Positions 1 to 9,567 of a DNA stretch of 32,000 bases are shown piece by piece. This stretch comes from Nitrosopumilus maritimus SCM1. Lineage in GTDB: Archaea > Thermoproteota > Nitrososphaeria > Nitrososphaerales > Nitrosopumilaceae. The stretch spans positions 120,001 to 152,000 of the forward strand of contig NC_010085.1 of assembly GCF_000018465.1 (NCBI RefSeq), read 5' to 3'. Position 1 is the first letter of the stretch. Each line of letters starts with the position of its first letter. The notes beneath the pieces were generated by a model that saw only the letters and a program-made list of their open reading frames with translations, made no database searches and had not been told where the DNA came from. A program made the position numbers and the translations under genes.

Positions 1-735
1 TCCCTTCCAACTAGAAAGAGTGGTAAGAGTTGAAAAACACATCCATCTTCCATCATCTCTATTCCAATCTATATCTGAATCAGGATCAATTGGATCTACC
101 CCGTGAGATATTTGTGGGTAAAATGCTATAGCATCACCCGGTGAAACTAAATTATCTACAAAAAGTTTCTCATTATTTTCATCTCTTACGAATAAACCTC
201 CTTTTTTGTAATCTTTAGGGGCTGAGCTAAGGATCGTATCAATAACAAGTTTCTGACCTATATCGGGATCTTTGTGTTCTTGCATGTACCCACCTCCACA
301 TGGATATTGTTGAATACTCGGAATCGAAATAAAATCATCATCTAAATTATTTAATGCATAATCTTCCTTTAATCCTGAAATTAAATTTCTTAATCTAAAT
401 TGTCTTTTAAAATAATTTGCAATAGGATTTGTTTCTGAATTCCAATAAAAAAAACAATAAAGATGATTTATTCTTTTAACTTGTGATTTTTCTGGATTGT
501 TATCTATTCTGTGAAAATTTGGAATGTTTAAATCAATTTCAGGACAAGAATCATGATTATTTTTTGCAAATTCTCGTGAAAATTCTCTAATTTCTTGTGC
601 TTCTTTTTGAGAAAGCAGATTCTTAATAATTACTAAATTTTTTGATAGGATATTTTCCTTAATTTCATCAATGGATTTGTCTAATTTACACTCATCTCTA
701 TTCCTATCTAAAACATTAACTTCTAAAATTTTCAA
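1..735 (-). CDS. Partial 2OG-Fe(II) oxygenase-like protein (prolyl-4-hydroxylase / phytanoyl-dioxygenase type), C-terminus runs off the window; not in the supplied ORF track
   Basis: Minus-strand frame open from the in-frame stop at 751-753 to position 1. My translation includes ...NLVIIKNLLSQKEAQEIREFSREFAKNNHDSCP...SIQQYPCGGGYMQEHKDPDIGQKLV...DNLVSPGDAIAFYPQISHGVDPI...DGRWMCFSTLTTL. Pattern HxD (HKD), distal H (SHG) and downstream R. No ATG; TTG at 733-735 is a possible start. Confidence 0.6.
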   Translation of the reverse strand, partial: MKILEVNVLDRNRDECKLDKSIDEIKENILSKNLVIIKNLLSQKEAQEIREFSREFAKNNHDSCPEIDLNIPNFHRIDNNPEKSQVKRINHLYCFFYWNSETNPIANYFKRQFRLRNLISGLKEDYALNNLDDDFISIPSIQQYPCGGGYMQEHKDPDIGQKLVIDTILSSAPKDYKKGGLFVRDENNEKLFVDNLVSPGDAIAFYPQISHGVDPIDPDSDIDWNRDDGRWMCFSTLTTLSSWKG

Positions 736-759
736 TATTTTGTGATGATGTCATCTATA

Positions 760-775
760 TAAAAACATGTTTTTA
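760..775. repeat. 16-bp perfect palindrome TAAAAACATGTTTTTA in a divergent intergenic region
   Basis: Direct reading, between the partial 2OG oxygenase-like ORF (-) and the neuB-like gene (+). Confidence 0.75.
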
Positions 776-841
776 AATCTAATTTTTGATTTTATCACAC
801 ATACCAATAAATTCTTAAAAATGAACATGTGTGAATTTTAG

Positions 842-1897
842 ATGATAACAATGAAATCTTTTTCTGCATTAGACCGAGTTTTTGTAATTGCTGAAGCTGG
901 TTCTAATTGGAAATGTGGTGATTACTCTGACGATTTGGAACAAGCAAAAAAATTAATTGAAACTGCAGCAAAAGCCGGAGCAGATGCTGTAAAATTTCAA
1001 ACTTACAAACCTGAAACAATTTATGTTTCAGATGCAGGTAACAGTGATTATTTAGAAAAATATGGGATAAAAGAAAACATTAATGAAATTTTTGAACACT
1101 TATCCATGCCATATGAGATGATTCCTGAATTAAAGAAATATTGTGATGAAAAAAATATTCAATTTATGTCCACACCATTTTCAGTTCAAGATGCAAAAGA
1201 AGTTGATAAATTTACAGAAATTCATAAAGTTGCTTCATTTGAAATAAACCACATACGATTGCTAGAATTTTTGGCTAAAACTCAAAAACCCATAATTGTT
1301 TCAACGGGTGCTAGTACATTCAAAGAAATTGATTTTGCAATAAATCTAATTAGAAAGAACGGCAATGATAATATTGCTTTAATGCAATGCACCTCAAAAT
1401 ATCCCTGCCCTATTGATTCATTAAATCTAAAAACTATTTCAACGATGGGACAAAAATACAAAATTCCTGTTGGTCTTTCAGATCATTCATTAGATCCCAT
1501 CATTGGACCTATCACTGCAATTTCCCTTGGTGCAAAATTTATTGAAAAACACTTTACTTTAGACAAAAATTTACCTGGGCCAGATCACCCTTTTGCATTA
1601 AACCCAGATGAACTAGAATTAATGATTACTTCAATCCGTAATACTGAAAAAGCTCTTGGAACAGGCATAAAAGAAATTTTACCTGTTGAAGACGAACTCA
1701 GAAAATTTGCCAAACGTTCAATTCAAGCAATTCAAGATATTAAAAAAGGTGATTTATTGATTGAAGGACAAAATTTTGAAATTCTTCGACCTGGGAACAG
1801 ATTAAGAGGAATGGATCCACTTTATCTAGATACTATTTCTGGAAAAAAATCCAAAAAAGATGTTCAAAAAGGTGATGGAATCATTGATGTAGAATAA
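842..1897 (+). CDS. neuB: NeuB-family nonulosonic acid synthase (N-acetylneuraminate/pseudaminate/legionaminate synthase-like) with C-terminal SAF domain
   Basis: FVIAEAGSNW...AKAGADAVKFQTY; MSTPFS; LMQCTSKYPCP; GLSDHS; IEKHFTLDKNLPGPDHPFALNPDEL; C-terminal SAF-like KRSIQAIQDIKKGD. Confidence 0.92.
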   Translation: MITMKSFSALDRVFVIAEAGSNWKCGDYSDDLEQAKKLIETAAKAGADAVKFQTYKPETIYVSDAGNSDYLEKYGIKENINEIFEHLSMPYEMIPELKKYCDEKNIQFMSTPFSVQDAKEVDKFTEIHKVASFEINHIRLLEFLAKTQKPIIVSTGASTFKEIDFAINLIRKNGNDNIALMQCTSKYPCPIDSLNLKTISTMGQKYKIPVGLSDHSLDPIIGPITAISLGAKFIEKHFTLDKNLPGPDHPFALNPDELELMITSIRNTEKALGTGIKEILPVEDELRKFAKRSIQAIQDIKKGDLLIEGQNFEILRPGNRLRGMDPLYLDTISGKKSKKDVQKGDGIIDVE

Positions 1898-1899
1898 TG

Positions 1900-2988
1900 T
1901 TAATTACTAAACTTATTTACATTTTGAATTATTTTATCTACATCATTTTCAGAAAGGTTTGGATGTATGGGTAATGTGACAATTTTTGATGCTACAGATT
2001 CTGTTATTGGTAATTTTACTTTATTTTTATAAAATTTCATTTTATGTATGGGAGAATAATGAGTTCCTATTTCAATTCCTTTCTCAAATAATTTTTTCAT
2101 AAATTTTTCTCTATTATCAACCTGAATCCAGAAAAAGTGATATGAACAATCTTGAGAAAATGGCATTTTTTCTTCAAGATTGATTTCTGTTGAATATTGT
2201 TTCGCAATTTTTTTCCTAATTTTATTCATTTTATCGAGTTTCTTTAACTGTTCTAAACCGATCACAGCTGAAAATTCATTAAGATAAGCATTCCATCCCA
2301 ACTCTGTAATATCATATTGTGAGTTGTGCCTATTTGATATGCCACACCATCTTTTTATTTTTATTAAATTAGAATTTACTTTATTTTTTTTACCATTGAG
2401 TGTTATGGCTCCCCCATTCGGCATTGCCAAATTTTTTACAGGATGAAAACTAAAGCAAATCGCTTCACTTACAGTACCAATCTTTTTCTCTTTGTATTTT
2501 GCACCTGCTGCATGAGCAGCATCTTCAACAAGATTTATTTGATTTTCTTTACAAATTTTCCTAATTTTATCTAAATCTGCAGGAAATCCTCCAAAATGAA
2601 CTGGAATAATTACTTTGGTTTTTCTTGTAATGTGTTTTTTTATTTTTTCTACATCTATACACAATGTTTTAGGATCTACATCAACAAAAACTGGTTTAGC
2701 ATTGTTATATAATGCTGAATGTGCAGTTGATACAAAGGAAAGAGATGGCATAATTATTTCACTATTTTTTACATCAAACAATGATACAGCTAATTGAAGT
2801 GCTGATGTGCCATTGTTAACAGTAACACAACTATTTGAGCCAATGTACTCATTGAATTTTTTCTCAAATTTTTGTACATTCCCAACACCTGAACCCGATG
2901 CCCAATAACCACTTTTTAGAACTTTATTTATTGCAATTTCTTCTTTAGTTCCAATAATAGGATCAAAAAGTTTTATTCTTTTTTTCAT
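1900..2988 (-). CDS. DegT/DnrJ/EryC1/StrS family PLP-dependent sugar aminotransferase (PseC/LegC-like)
   Basis: SGYWASGSGVGNVQKFEKKF, VNNGTSALQLAV, VEDAAHAAGAKY, CFSFHPVKNLAMPNGGA with candidate PLP lysine. Confidence 0.92.
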   Translation of the reverse strand: MKKRIKLFDPIIGTKEEIAINKVLKSGYWASGSGVGNVQKFEKKFNEYIGSNSCVTVNNGTSALQLAVSLFDVKNSEIIMPSLSFVSTAHSALYNNAKPVFVDVDPKTLCIDVEKIKKHITRKTKVIIPVHFGGFPADLDKIRKICKENQINLVEDAAHAAGAKYKEKKIGTVSEAICFSFHPVKNLAMPNGGAITLNGKKNKVNSNLIKIKRWCGISNRHNSQYDITELGWNAYLNEFSAVIGLEQLKKLDKMNKIRKKIAKQYSTEINLEEKMPFSQDCSYHFFWIQVDNREKFMKKLFEKGIEIGTHYSPIHKMKFYKNKVKLPITESVASKIVTLPIHPNLSENDVDKIIQNVNKFSN

Positions 2989-3404
2989 TTTAGATTTTTC
3001 TCTTTTACAAGTTCAAAAGTATATTGAATTAATTTAAATCCATTATTTTTATAGAATGTTATCAAACTTTTATTTTTATAATTTGTATTTGCTAGATACC
3101 TAGATTTTGGGTGTTTCTCTAGAATTAATTCCAATACATGATTCATATTTTTGTTAGAATCAAATTTTGGTAAAAAATGCATAGAAATTTCATCTTGTTT
3201 ACTAATATATGTAGAACCAATCTTTTTTTTATTTTCAAAAATAATATACCATTTTTGATAAGGTTTAGATTTGACAAACTTTGTATGTTCATTATAACTA
3301 GGCATATTCTTATGTGAAATATTTTCTAATGGTTTTCTTAATTTGAGAAGTTGATATAAAAATCGAATATCTTTCTCATCCACCAATTTTAAAATAATTG
3401 TCAT
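2985..3404 (-). CDS. GNAT-family N-acetyltransferase (PseH-like role possible)
   Basis: GNAT-like layout: KWYIIFENKKKIGSTYIS, and C-terminal TNYKNKSLITFYKNNGFKLIQYTFELVKE. Adjacent to the aminotransferase and overlapping its start by 4 nt. Confidence 0.65.
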   Translation of the reverse strand: MTIILKLVDEKDIRFLYQLLKLRKPLENISHKNMPSYNEHTKFVKSKPYQKWYIIFENKKKIGSTYISKQDEISMHFLPKFDSNKNMNHVLELILEKHPKSRYLANTNYKNKSLITFYKNNGFKLIQYTFELVKEKNLK

Positions 3405-3482
3405 TTTCTTCTTTTCCTTATATTGATTATATAAAATGAATTAAAAACAATTAAGTTATTTTGTTTTAATTTAACAAATATT

Positions 3483-4076
3483 GTGATTGATATTGTTTGT
3501 TTTTTATCTAGGCCTCATGGATTTGCGGTACTAGAAAAACTAATTAAAATAAAAAAATTTAACATATTAAAATTATACACACATTCTTTAAATCCAAAAT
3601 CCCAAGATCCAAACAGATCAATTAGAACTGATTTTAAATTATTTCAACAAATATGTGAACAAAATAATATAGATTTAGAATCAATTGATTCAAAAGAATC
3701 TGAAATTACTTCTTTCCCAAACTGTGATTATATAATAGAAGTTTCATGGCGTTATTTAATTCCCACAAAAATTTTATCACTAGCTAGAAAAGACGCATTT
3801 GGAATACATCGAGGTAAATTACCTGATTATGCAGGTGCAGAACCAATAAAACAAGCATTGTTAAAAAATGATAATAAAATTATTCTGTCTGCCCATTATT
3901 TAGCTAATAAAATTGACATGGGAAATGTCATAGATACTGTAGAACATGATGTGAATTATGATAAAAGTAAATCTTTTGAGGAAAATATTCAGAGACTTAG
4001 AGATGAAATAACACCATTTTTCCCTCAATTGGCAATATCTGCAATAAATGTATTAGAAGAAAAAAATTCTGATTAA
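3483..4076 (+). CDS. Formyltransferase-fold protein (methionyl-tRNA/sugar N-formyltransferase family)
   Basis: GIHRGKLPDYAGAEPIKQAL corresponds to NxHxSLLPxxRGxxP; KIDMGNVID corresponds to the DTGD region. GTG start. Confidence 0.8.
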   Translation: MIDIVCFLSRPHGFAVLEKLIKIKKFNILKLYTHSLNPKSQDPNRSIRTDFKLFQQICEQNNIDLESIDSKESEITSFPNCDYIIEVSWRYLIPTKILSLARKDAFGIHRGKLPDYAGAEPIKQALLKNDNKIILSAHYLANKIDMGNVIDTVEHDVNYDKSKSFEENIQRLRDEITPFFPQLAISAINVLEEKNSD

Positions 4077-4077
4077 T

Positions 4078-4836
4078 ATGAAATTCTGTAATGTTGGTAT
4101 AATTATTCAAGCAAGAACTGGTTCTGATAGATTCCCAAAAAAGGTTCTTGCATCTATTGAAAAAAAACCTATGATTTGGCATATTGTCAATAGATGCAAA
4201 AAAGTCAAAAATATTGATAAAATTATTTTGGCTACTACAACACTAAAAGAAGACTATCCTTTAATTTCATTAGCAAAAAAAAATAAGATAGAATATTTTC
4301 GTGGTTCTAAGAATGACGTGTTAGATAGATTTTACCAATGTTCAACTTCAAATAATTTAGATATCATAATACGAATAACAGGAGATTGCCCCTTAGTAGA
4401 TCCAAAACTAATTGATCAATTTTTAGATTTTTTCTCTCATAAAAAATATGATTATGTTAGTAATACTATTAATCCAACATATCCTGATGGTCTCGATATA
4501 GAAATTTTTTCCTTTAAAGCATTAAAAAAAGCATGGAATATGTCTAAAAAAAAATCAAATAGGGAACATGTTACTACATTCATAAAACATCATCCTGAAA
4601 AATTTAAAATTAAAAATTTTGAAAATAATACTAATTTATCAAATTATAGATTGACTGTAGATCATAAAAATGATCTAAAATTAATTCGGAAAATTTACAA
4701 AGAATTTCGTCCTAACATTAAATTTAGTACCAAATCAGTAATTTCATTGTTAAACAAAAATCCTGAATTATTCAAAATCAATCAGAACATATCTAGAAAT
4801 GAAGGTTATGAAAAATCTCTTTTAAATGATAACTAA
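4078..4836 (+). CDS. spsF: SpsF-type cytidylyltransferase (NeuA/KdsB superfamily)
   Basis: GIIIQARTGSDRFPKKVLASIEKKPMIWHIVNRC..., RITGDCPLVDPKLIDQ, TVDHKNDL. Confidence 0.85.
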   Translation: MKFCNVGIIIQARTGSDRFPKKVLASIEKKPMIWHIVNRCKKVKNIDKIILATTTLKEDYPLISLAKKNKIEYFRGSKNDVLDRFYQCSTSNNLDIIIRITGDCPLVDPKLIDQFLDFFSHKKYDYVSNTINPTYPDGLDIEIFSFKALKKAWNMSKKKSNREHVTTFIKHHPEKFKIKNFENNTNLSNYRLTVDHKNDLKLIRKIYKEFRPNIKFSTKSVISLLNKNPELFKINQNISRNEGYEKSLLNDN

Positions 4837-5885
4837 TATCTAATGTATTGAACCTTTCCTTTTTTAGCAGATTCTAATGCAGCATTACCAATTTTCAAAG
4901 TTTCTAATGCATCCCATCCATCAATGGTGGGTTTTGTATCCTTAATTATAGATGAAATAAAATCATACATTTCTTTTTGATACATTTCATTAACTTTTTC
5001 TGAAATTTTTTGAATTTTTCTTTGGGTATCTAATTTTTGAGATGTAATAGTAATATTCGCTATATTTTGATAATTTTTATTTTTTTTCTTTATATTGAAA
5101 TCCCAATTGAATTCTTTATCTTCAAATAATATCTTACAATTTCTTTGATAGCTTGGTCTTAAAAAATCTAAAGTAAGATTAGCTATCGTACCTTTTTTGA
5201 ATTTTAATACTATTGATGCTAAACTTTCAGAATATTTACTTAATTTGGGAGTTTTAATTGATTGACAATAAACAGATTCTACTTTATCTTCCAATAACCA
5301 TTTGATTAAATCATATTCATGTGAATCATCAAGGATAATTCCGTTATTTTTTTTCAAAATATAGTGGTTTTTGAAATTGCTATTTGGATGCCAATATTTG
5401 ATATGATGACCAAAATTACTAGAAATTAGATACGGAGATTTATTCTGTTTTTTCAAAATATTTTTTAATTCATTTAATCCTGAATTATATCTAAAATTAT
5501 ATCCAACAAAAATTTTCAATTTCTTTGAATCCGCATTTTTTAAGAGGAGTTTTACTTTGTTAGGATCATGTGAAATCGGCTTTTCGATAAAAATATGTGA
5601 TGATTTTTTCAAACACTTTTCAGCTAATGTGATGTGTGATGCAGGATCTGTACATATTATTGATAAGTCAGGATTAACTGAAAGTGATTTGTCTGTTGAA
5701 AAATGTCCTTTAACATTATACTTGGCTTCTAATTTCTTTACTTTGTTTTTATCAAAATCAACTATATGTAATGAATTCACTCCAAAATTTTTTAGATTAT
5801 AGATATGGCGTTCCCCAATAGATCCACACCCAATTACTACAACTGTTAATTTTTTGATTTTTTTAGAAAAATCATTCATTACCAT
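4833..5885 (-). CDS. Gfo/Idh/MocA family NAD(P)-dependent oxidoreductase
   Basis: VVIGCGSIGERHIYNLKNFGV Rossmann motif; ICTDPASH; FIEKPISHD; VGYNFRYN. Confidence 0.88.
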   Translation of the reverse strand: MVMNDFSKKIKKLTVVVIGCGSIGERHIYNLKNFGVNSLHIVDFDKNKVKKLEAKYNVKGHFSTDKSLSVNPDLSIICTDPASHITLAEKCLKKSSHIFIEKPISHDPNKVKLLLKNADSKKLKIFVGYNFRYNSGLNELKNILKKQNKSPYLISSNFGHHIKYWHPNSNFKNHYILKKNNGIILDDSHEYDLIKWLLEDKVESVYCQSIKTPKLSKYSESLASIVLKFKKGTIANLTLDFLRPSYQRNCKILFEDKEFNWDFNIKKKNKNYQNIANITITSQKLDTQRKIQKISEKVNEMYQKEMYDFISSIIKDTKPTIDGWDALETLKIGNAALESAKKGKVQYIRY

Positions 5886-5942
5886 TCCTCATTTTAGAAA
5901 TATAAAAATTAGAATGTTTAGATTTAGCTGAAAATGTAAAAT

Positions 5943-7181
5943 TCATTTTTTTTCTACAAGTTTTGCTTGTAAGAATTTATTCACATAATCTAACAAAACA
6001 AAAAAATCTAAATTTAATTTTTCAGCAATTTCTACTATTGAATTATCTCCTTCAAATTCAAGAAAAATTTTTTCCAACATTTTATTTAATTCTAAATCAT
6101 CTCTCCAGTCTACCCATAATCCGTATTTTGAAAGGTGTGGTGGACCTTTAAATTTTCTAATTGGCGTGTAGTTATTTTCTAATGCCTCCAAAATCTTTAA
6201 AACCAATTTTTTAGATTCTTCTAAATTTTCTTTTTTTATAATTGAAATATTGTCATCACTGGTATGGTATTCTGGATATGGCCATCTGCTGATTGAAATC
6301 ATTGGTATGTTTACTCCTGGACCATTGAAAACCATTTCATCATTACTTATAATTTCACGGAAGTCTCCTGTTTTGAATTCTTTCTGATTATGTTTAATTA
6401 CATTCTCTGCAATTTTATCAATTTCAGTATTTTTTTGCCTACTAAATTGTAATGAATGAAAATTATCATTTCCTAACATTTCTAAAAATAATCCAAATTT
6501 CATGTCTGAAATTAATTCTTCATTTTGACTAAGATAAGCTATTGAACCTATTGTTTCAGGGAGGAATAAAATTCTGTAACTATATTTTAGATTATTTTTT
6601 TCTAAAAGATTTTTTCCTATATCTACTAAAACAGAAACGCCTGAAAGATCATCATTTGCCATTGCAGGATGGCATAAATGTGCAACAAGAACAATGGTTT
6701 CTTTTAATTCTCCTTTAACGAATAATTCTCCAATTTTTAATTCTCCTTCTTTAAATTCAGAATTTATAACTACATGGTAATTTTTTTCAGTAAAATCTTT
6801 TAATTTGTTAAATTGTACACAAAAACCCCAATCGTTCTGATAATATTTGTAATCAAATGGAATGGCATTTGGCCTTTCTTTATTTGATGATAAATGTTTC
6901 ATTAATTCTTCTTTAGAAATTATTTTATCAATTGGAGTAGAATATGATGCTAAATGAAGTGGATGATCTTTTACATCAATAATTTTCCCCCCATTATTTT
7001 CAATAAAAGCTTCTTTAACTTCCCATGCTAAGGGAACTTCCCATGTCCAACATTTTGTTCCCGAAGGAATTTTATGAATTTTTAAGGGTAGTATTTTTGA
7101 AATGTATTCAAGTGATTCATCATAATCTATTGAAACAAGATTTCTCTGTTTTTGATATAGATCATTAATTAAATTATACAC
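5943..7181 (-). CDS. DUF4910/DUF2172-type M28-like aminopeptidase-fold protein of polysaccharide clusters
   Basis: SGTKCWTWEVPLAWEVKEA; VLVAHLCHPAMANDDLSGVSVLVDIG; LFLPETIGSIAYLSQN; C-terminal winged-helix-like segment. Confidence 0.75.
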   Translation of the reverse strand: MYNLINDLYQKQRNLVSIDYDESLEYISKILPLKIHKIPSGTKCWTWEVPLAWEVKEAFIENNGGKIIDVKDHPLHLASYSTPIDKIISKEELMKHLSSNKERPNAIPFDYKYYQNDWGFCVQFNKLKDFTEKNYHVVINSEFKEGELKIGELFVKGELKETIVLVAHLCHPAMANDDLSGVSVLVDIGKNLLEKNNLKYSYRILFLPETIGSIAYLSQNEELISDMKFGLFLEMLGNDNFHSLQFSRQKNTEIDKIAENVIKHNQKEFKTGDFREIISNDEMVFNGPGVNIPMISISRWPYPEYHTSDDNISIIKKENLEESKKLVLKILEALENNYTPIRKFKGPPHLSKYGLWVDWRDDLELNKMLEKIFLEFEGDNSIVEIAEKLNLDFFVLLDYVNKFLQAKLVEKK

Positions 7182-7274
7182 ACATCTCTCTAATGTATAT
7201 GATATTTAATTTATCATCTTGATTTGTTTTTTTGTTCTCTAAACTATTTAGCCTCTTATATTCAATAATTTATA

Positions 7275-7622
7275 ATGATTTCAGTAGGTGTTGACATAGA
7301 AAAAATCAATAGATTTGAATCATTATTACCTGAATCTTCATTTATAAAAAAAATTTTCTCTCCTGAGGAAATTAAATACTGTTTTTCAAAAAAACACCCT
7401 GCAGAAACTTTAGCAGCAAAATTTGCAGGAAAAGAAGCTATTATTAAAGCATTAAATGGTTTAAACTATAAATCTAATTCTTATCATGAAATAGAGATTT
7501 TAAATAAAAATGATAATTCTCCTTATGTGAACTTGAAAAATTTTTTAAATTATCATATATCGATTAGTTTATCTCATTCTGATCAATATGCTATTGCATT
7601 TGTTTTAATTTTTAATAAATAA
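7275..7622 (+). CDS. acpS: Holo-[acyl-carrier-protein] synthase family 4'-phosphopantetheinyl transferase
   Basis: MISVGVDIEKINRFESLL at the N-terminus and ETLAAKFAGKEAIIKALNG, the AcpS D...KEAxxKA signature; about 115 aa, typical AcpS length. Confidence 0.93.
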   Translation: MISVGVDIEKINRFESLLPESSFIKKIFSPEEIKYCFSKKHPAETLAAKFAGKEAIIKALNGLNYKSNSYHEIEILNKNDNSPYVNLKNFLNYHISISLSHSDQYAIAFVLIFNK

Positions 7623-7630
7623 GATTCTAA

Positions 7631-9448
7631 CTAGAGCTTGGAAATAAATTCAATAAATTTGTCTGTAGAATTATTTATGTGTGAAACATATTGTTTTAAA
7701 AATTTTTTTTGTTTTGCAAGTAAACTTTTTTCAAAATCTTTATCCTTTAGAATTTTTTCAATACTTTCATCTAATTCATTAATAGTTGAAACATGACATC
7801 CATTTTTTTCAAAAACAATTGGAGTTCCATAATATTCTTCTTTAATTCTAACTGAAATTACTGGTTTTTCAAATAATGTTCCTTCTAAAATAGTTGTAGA
7901 AAAATCTGTAACTATCATTAATCTACAATTATTAATCAATTCGTGAATATTGCCATCTTTTACAATACGTGCTTTTGGCATAGTCTTGGAAATACTCTTT
8001 CCTACATCTCTTTCTGACGGAGCAGGATGCAGTTTTACTACTAACTCTAAATTTAATTTTTTGATTATTTTTGCAATTTCTTCTATTGTTTTTTCATAAT
8101 TTAATATCTTTTTTGCTGAATAGTCAAAAATTTGATTATTAGTTAACCAAGAAGTTGTTAATAAAACATATTCCTTATTTTTACACTTAGAAAGGTTATC
8201 AAATACTGGATTTCCAACTTCGATAATTTTATTTTCATTAATTCCGTTTTCAGATGAAATCTTTCTAACAATATTACCCCATACACATATGTAATCTGAT
8301 TTAATGGGCCATACGCCATCAAATTTTTTTAAATTTAATGTCTCTCTACTTTCTGGTCCCATTCCGTGTTGTAACAAAATTATTGGAATTCCTTGTTTTT
8401 TGGCCAATTCTATTACAATTTGTTCGTTAAATCCTGATTCAGATAAAATAACCATTGAAGAAAACTGATATTTTTCAAATATTTGTTTTGCATAATCAAT
8501 TTCAGTAATTGCTTCAGGAATTCGTTTTTTACTCAAGTTGATGAGTTTGGGTTTTAATTCATCCCAAAAATTTATAGAATCTATTTCAAATAATTTTTTT
8601 AATTCACCTGAATTTTCAATTAAATTAATTATTTGTGAAACTTCAAAATCATTTTTTCTATATTTTTTGAAATTATTTTCTGATATGTAACTGCATTTTG
8701 AATCTTTTAAAATATTAATTGATTTTTTATTGATAAAAATTGGTCTTCTTCGATTGTATAAAATAAAATTAAATTTTTTTTGTGGATGTAAAAATAAATT
8801 TTGAAATTTGTTTAAATCAAATTCAACAAATAGTACTGACTTATTATTTTTTGAAATCCTTTTATCTACATCTAAAATCTTTTTCATAAAATTTTCTGAA
8901 AAATTTTTGATTTGTTTAATATTTTTTCTACTTAAATTAATTTTTAGATTCTGATTCCATATTTTTTTTGTTATGGGCAGTGAGTCGTATAAAAAATCTG
9001 AATTTTCTAATGATTCTGGATTTATACATTCAAAATCACTTGTGTGTTTTTTAATTATACTGATAAGATTTTTAGACGTAAAAATTTTATAGTTTTTATA
9101 TTCTTTACATATGTAATATATCTCAAACAATTTTTTTAAGAAAGGAATCATAAATGCATGAAATTCTATGTAGAATAAACCCCCTAAGTTAATACTATTG
9201 TATGTAATTTTTTCTGAAATTTCTGGTGTATTGTACCATTTTGCAATTTTATATGACTCTTTTTGAATTTTTATCAATAATTTTTGATCTAAAAAATCAT
9301 CTGAGATAAAATGTTCGATTTTTTCATCATTCAATTTTTTATGAATTTCGTAATCAACTGTAATGATTTTGGAATTAGACAATTCCAAATTTTTTATTTT
9401 GGAAATTTCTATTGAATTATCTATTATGATGATTTGATTAATGCTCAA
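7631..9448 (-). CDS. GT-B-like / capsule polysaccharide biosynthesis-type glycosyl- or polyol-phosphate-transferase-like protein
   Basis: C-terminal half: GIPIILLQHGMGPE, YICVWGN, IIEVGNPVFDNL, LVVKLHPAPSERD, LINNCRLMIVTDFSTTILEGTLFEKPVISV. Resembles the shared core of CDP-glycerol transferase/capsule/2-epimerase-like folds. Confidence 0.65.
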   Translation of the reverse strand: MSINQIIIIDNSIEISKIKNLELSNSKIITVDYEIHKKLNDEKIEHFISDDFLDQKLLIKIQKESYKIAKWYNTPEISEKITYNSINLGGLFYIEFHAFMIPFLKKLFEIYYICKEYKNYKIFTSKNLISIIKKHTSDFECINPESLENSDFLYDSLPITKKIWNQNLKINLSRKNIKQIKNFSENFMKKILDVDKRISKNNKSVLFVEFDLNKFQNLFLHPQKKFNFILYNRRRPIFINKKSINILKDSKCSYISENNFKKYRKNDFEVSQIINLIENSGELKKLFEIDSINFWDELKPKLINLSKKRIPEAITEIDYAKQIFEKYQFSSMVILSESGFNEQIVIELAKKQGIPIILLQHGMGPESRETLNLKKFDGVWPIKSDYICVWGNIVRKISSENGINENKIIEVGNPVFDNLSKCKNKEYVLLTTSWLTNNQIFDYSAKKILNYEKTIEEIAKIIKKLNLELVVKLHPAPSERDVGKSISKTMPKARIVKDGNIHELINNCRLMIVTDFSTTILEGTLFEKPVISVRIKEEYYGTPIVFEKNGCHVSTINELDESIEKILKDKDFEKSLLAKQKKFLKQYVSHINNSTDKFIEFISKL

Positions 9449-9520
9449 TATTCTTCACTTTTTATTTTCTTAATATCTAATAATGAATTTATCTTCATGT
9501 TTATAATGTAGTTGAAATAG

Positions 9521-9542
9521 TTCCATGTATGATTGCATGGAA
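9521..9542. repeat. Inverted repeat TTCCATG-n8-CATGGAA upstream of the DmpG-like aldolase gene
   Basis: 7-bp perfect arms at 9521-9527 and 9536-9542; TATA-like TTATAATG at 9501-9508; start codon at 9568. Confidence 0.7.
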
Positions 9543-9567
9543 TATAGATTCTTTGAAGAGGTAAGAT

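Noticed and set aside
2615-2797. Antisense ORF (60 aa) inside the DegT aminotransferase gene
   Set aside because: No recognisable domain and fully covered by a confident opposite-strand gene.
3483-4076. Methionyl-tRNA formyltransferase
   Set aside because: Archaea do not use formyl-Met initiation, the protein is short (197 aa) and lies in a sugar cluster; the catalytic Asn is also changed.
3997-4182. Minus-strand 61-aa ORF
   Set aside because: Spans the junction of two confident plus-strand genes and has no domain signal.
5557-6151. Small plus-strand ORFs at 5557..5802 and 5963..6151
   Set aside because: Shadow frames of the Gfo/Idh/MocA and DUF4910-like genes.
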